DNA of 64,000 nt. Origin: Squalus acanthias. Its lineage: Eukaryota. The stretch is taken from assembly GCA_030390025.1 (NCBI GenBank), contig CM059432.1, positions 104,596,001 to 104,660,000 on the forward strand. Direction: 5' to 3'. Each line of letters begins with the position of its first letter. Position 1 is the first letter of the stretch. Under the pieces are notes generated by a model. That model was not told where the DNA came from. It was given only the letters and a program-made list of their open reading frames with translations, and ran no database searches. Positions 61,112 to 64,000 of this stretch are shown one piece after another. Position numbers and translations under genes: made by a program.

Positions 61112-64000
61112 CAGTCAGCGGCCCCCGTAAAAAGAGACAAAGGAAGGATGTATGTGTCTGCACTAGTAGGGGGCCGACCGTGTGAGATGCTAGTGGACAC
61201 CGGTGCCTCAGTATCCGTGACCAACCTTCCCATCCCGATAACGGACAGAAAGGTCTACATCACAGGGATTGGCGGTGATAAAACACCTGCCTTTCTGAGC
61301 ACAACCCAATTGGTAGAAATAGATAACTTTTTCATCCCTATGCGATTTTACGTGTGTAAGAATAATGAGGGAACAATAATGGGAAATGACTTAATGAAAG
61401 AATACCAGGTATTAATTGATTGTGGTAAGAAGAAAATAACTTGGCCAAACTTGGACGGGCATAAAACTAGTATGCACTGTCTGACCAATAATACCACCAA
61501 AGTGGGAGTGGCTACAGCGGTAAGCCGGGACTGGCAAGTGGAAACCAATGGGTACGGGGACACGTGTGCCTCGGTACAAGGAGTATGGGCAAAAGATAAG
61601 TTAGACACAGGAATGGTTAAGATTGACCCCATTGTCGTCCCAGGACCCGAACACAAACCCCACCGACAATATCCCATTAAACCAGAAGCAAAGAAAGCTG
61701 TAGAAGACATAGTAAAGGGATTGGTAGAAAGAGGTGTCCTTCGGGAAACCACGAGCACAACCAATTCCCCTACGTGGCCAGTTAAAAAGCCAGATGGGAG
61801 TTACAGGCTGACAGTTGACTATACGGCCTTGAATAAAGTGACGCCCAAGCTTCACCCCATAGTCGCCAGCCCGTCCACAATTTTGAACGGACTGGCTCCC
61901 GAACACAAGATATTCACAGTGTTGGACATAGCCAACGGATTCTGGGCTCTCCCATTGGATCCAGAGTCTCAGGAGAAATTTGCATTCACAGTAGGAGACA
62001 GACAGTACACCTGGACCCGCCTGCCACAAGGATTCCATAATAGCCCCGCGATCTTCCATCGGGTAATGAGTAATATTTTAAAGGGTGCAGAGCTCCCACC
62101 AGGGAGCACGGTCCTCCAGTACATTGACGATCTCCTGATAGCCTCGGACAAAGTTCCAGGTCATAATAAGGCCCTGAAGATAGTACTGACAGCATTAAGG
62201 GACGCAGGACTGAAGGCTAGCCCTAGGAAGGCCCAGATTGGAAAGTTCAAAGTCACGTATCTAGGGCATCTCATTTCCCAAGGGACAAAGGAGATGCCAA
62301 TGGATAGGAAGGCTGCAGTCTGGGATATGCCCAGACCAGTGACAATAAGGGGAGTTAGGAAGGTCTTAGGACTTTTTAACTACAGCAGGAACTTCGTCCC
62401 CGGGTTCGCTAAGATAGCTGAGCCTATCCAAAGGTTAGTAAAGGGAGGAAGGCCTGCCCTTGAGTCCATAGAGTGGGGCCCAGAACAGGAAAAAGCTTAC
62501 GGACAGTTGAAGAAGGAGTTACTGTCAGCCCCGGGACTAGGGCTGCCAGATATGAACAAACCTTTCCATATTCACTGTGACAATGAGGGCGGGTTCTACA
62601 CCGCTGTGATAACCCAGGACCATGGCGATAAGCGCAGACCAGTGGCATACTACTCGACCGCAGAAGGACCGGTAGTCTCCGGACTCTCGCGATGTATAGC
62701 GGCACTGGACTGCGCAGCATGGGCAGTAAAGGTGAGCGAACCTATAGTAATGACCGGGAACATAGTCTTGCACACCAAGCATACCTTGGTGGAAATGCTA
62801 AATACTGGAAAATTAAGATCTGTCTCAAACATGAGAAGAGCTAAGTGGGAAGCAGTTCTATTACCCCCTAACGAGTCTATCATCATAGTCAGAGACATAG
62901 GGGAGAACCCAGCTGAGGGGATCCTGGGAACAGGAGCCCCACACAGTTGTAAAAAAATAGACGAGGACATTGGAGAAGAGATTATCAAAGACACCCCTCT
63001 AGAGGAAGTGGAGGAAACATTCTATGTAGATGGATCCCGTAAATATATTAATGGACAACCCCGAACTGGGTGGGCAGTAGTTAATAGTAAGATGGAAGTA
63101 GTTAAATCTGGACGGTTAGACGGTAGCTTATCAGCCCAAGTAGCAGAGTTGGTCGCGTTGACTCAAGCATTGAATGAAGCAAAGAACCAGGTAGTCAATA
63201 TATACACAGATAGCCGGTATGCCTTCGGGGTAGTGCATGACTACATGACAGCATGGGGACGTAGAGGGTATATAACCACAGGAGGTAACCCCATCAAACA
63301 TCAGGGACGAATAGAGGCCTTGCTAGAAGCAAGCAAAAGACCTAAACAGGTGGCAGTTATCAAAATTAAGGCCCATCAGAAAGAACCAGACAAGACAAGC
63401 CCAGACTGGGACAGCCACCAGGGGAACCAGGCGGCTGATTGGGCAGCACAGGCAGCTCTAGAACAGGAGGAGATAAACGAAGTACTGGTGGGCAGCGTAG
63501 ACAGCCCGGAGAACGAAATAAAGATCTGGGAAGTCCAAGACGAAGCATCAGACACGGAAAAGGAAACATGGGTAAGAAATGGAGCTGGAGTAGGATCCGA
63601 TCGAGTCTGGCGAAAAGAAGGTAAAGTAGTAGCACCGGAGTGCATACAACAGACTCTGCTAGAGATACATCACGGTATTTCACATACAGGGAGAGAGGCA
63701 ATGAGCTCCTTATTAAGTAAGGATTGGTGGTGGAAGGGGATGGGAAGAGACATCGCGAGGCACTGTCAGCGATGTATCACTTGTGCTCAGCATAATCCTG
63801 GCCGGCCTATTAAAATTAGAATGGGCCACCAGCCAAGACCCCGAGGTCCTTGGGAGCACATACAAATTGATTTTACGGGACCACTTCCCCAGTCCCACGG
63901 AAAAATATACTGCCTTGTGATAATTGACCAGTTCACAAGGTGGGTAGAAGCTTTCCCAACGCGGAATTGCACGGCCTTAACGGTAGCCAGAATCCTGGCC
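61112..64000 (+). CDS. pol: Retroviral Pol (PR-RT-tether-RNase H-IN), in frame with gag, open to the window edge
   Basis: Manual translation shows no stop in 963 codons: LVDTGAS; LDIANGFW, WTRLPQGFHNSP, QYIDDLL; tether RRPVAYYS; FYVDGS, SAQVAEL, IYTDSRYAFG, GNQAAD; HHGISH...CQRCITC, QIDFTG, IDQFTRWVEAFP. Absent from the ORF track because it has no stop inside the window. Confidence 0.93.

Noticed and set aside
58903..64000. Ordinary Ty3/Gypsy retrotransposon or foamy virus
   Set aside because: Tether plus second RNase H, an MHR-like motif and late domains argue against typical Gypsy; two CCHC knuckles and in-frame gag-pol argue against foamy. Final placement needs a tree.

Overview
Vertebrate genomic DNA, most likely an elasmobranch (shark/ray) judging by its repeat families. 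One host gene is present: the 3' part of the zinc transporter SLC30A8 (ZnT8) on the + strand, six coding exons from 4211 to the stop at 25128, with its 5' exons upstream of the window. Most of the rest is layered mobile DNA: CR1, L2 and RTE LINE fragments, tRNA-headed Deu-type SINEs, Penelope-like elements with minimal hammerhead ribozymes, a pogo/Tigger-like MITE and many PIF/Harbinger elements. Highlights: (1) an apparently intact endogenous retrovirus running off the right edge (LTR 58903-59412, tRNA-Ser PBS, two-knuckle Gag, in-frame UGA followed by a GC-rich stem, uninterrupted PR-RT-tether-RNase H-IN pol that the ORF track misses); (2) a near-intact two-gene Harbinger (33778-37979) inserted at the centre of a 15-bp palindrome inside a second two-gene Harbinger (29710-38163); (3) a 223-bp Penelope insertion forming a perfect 86-bp inverted repeat with a hammerhead on each strand; (4) an RTE LINE with twin-priming inversion geometry. 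All calls come from reading the sequence by eye; family names rest on recalled motifs, not database searches.
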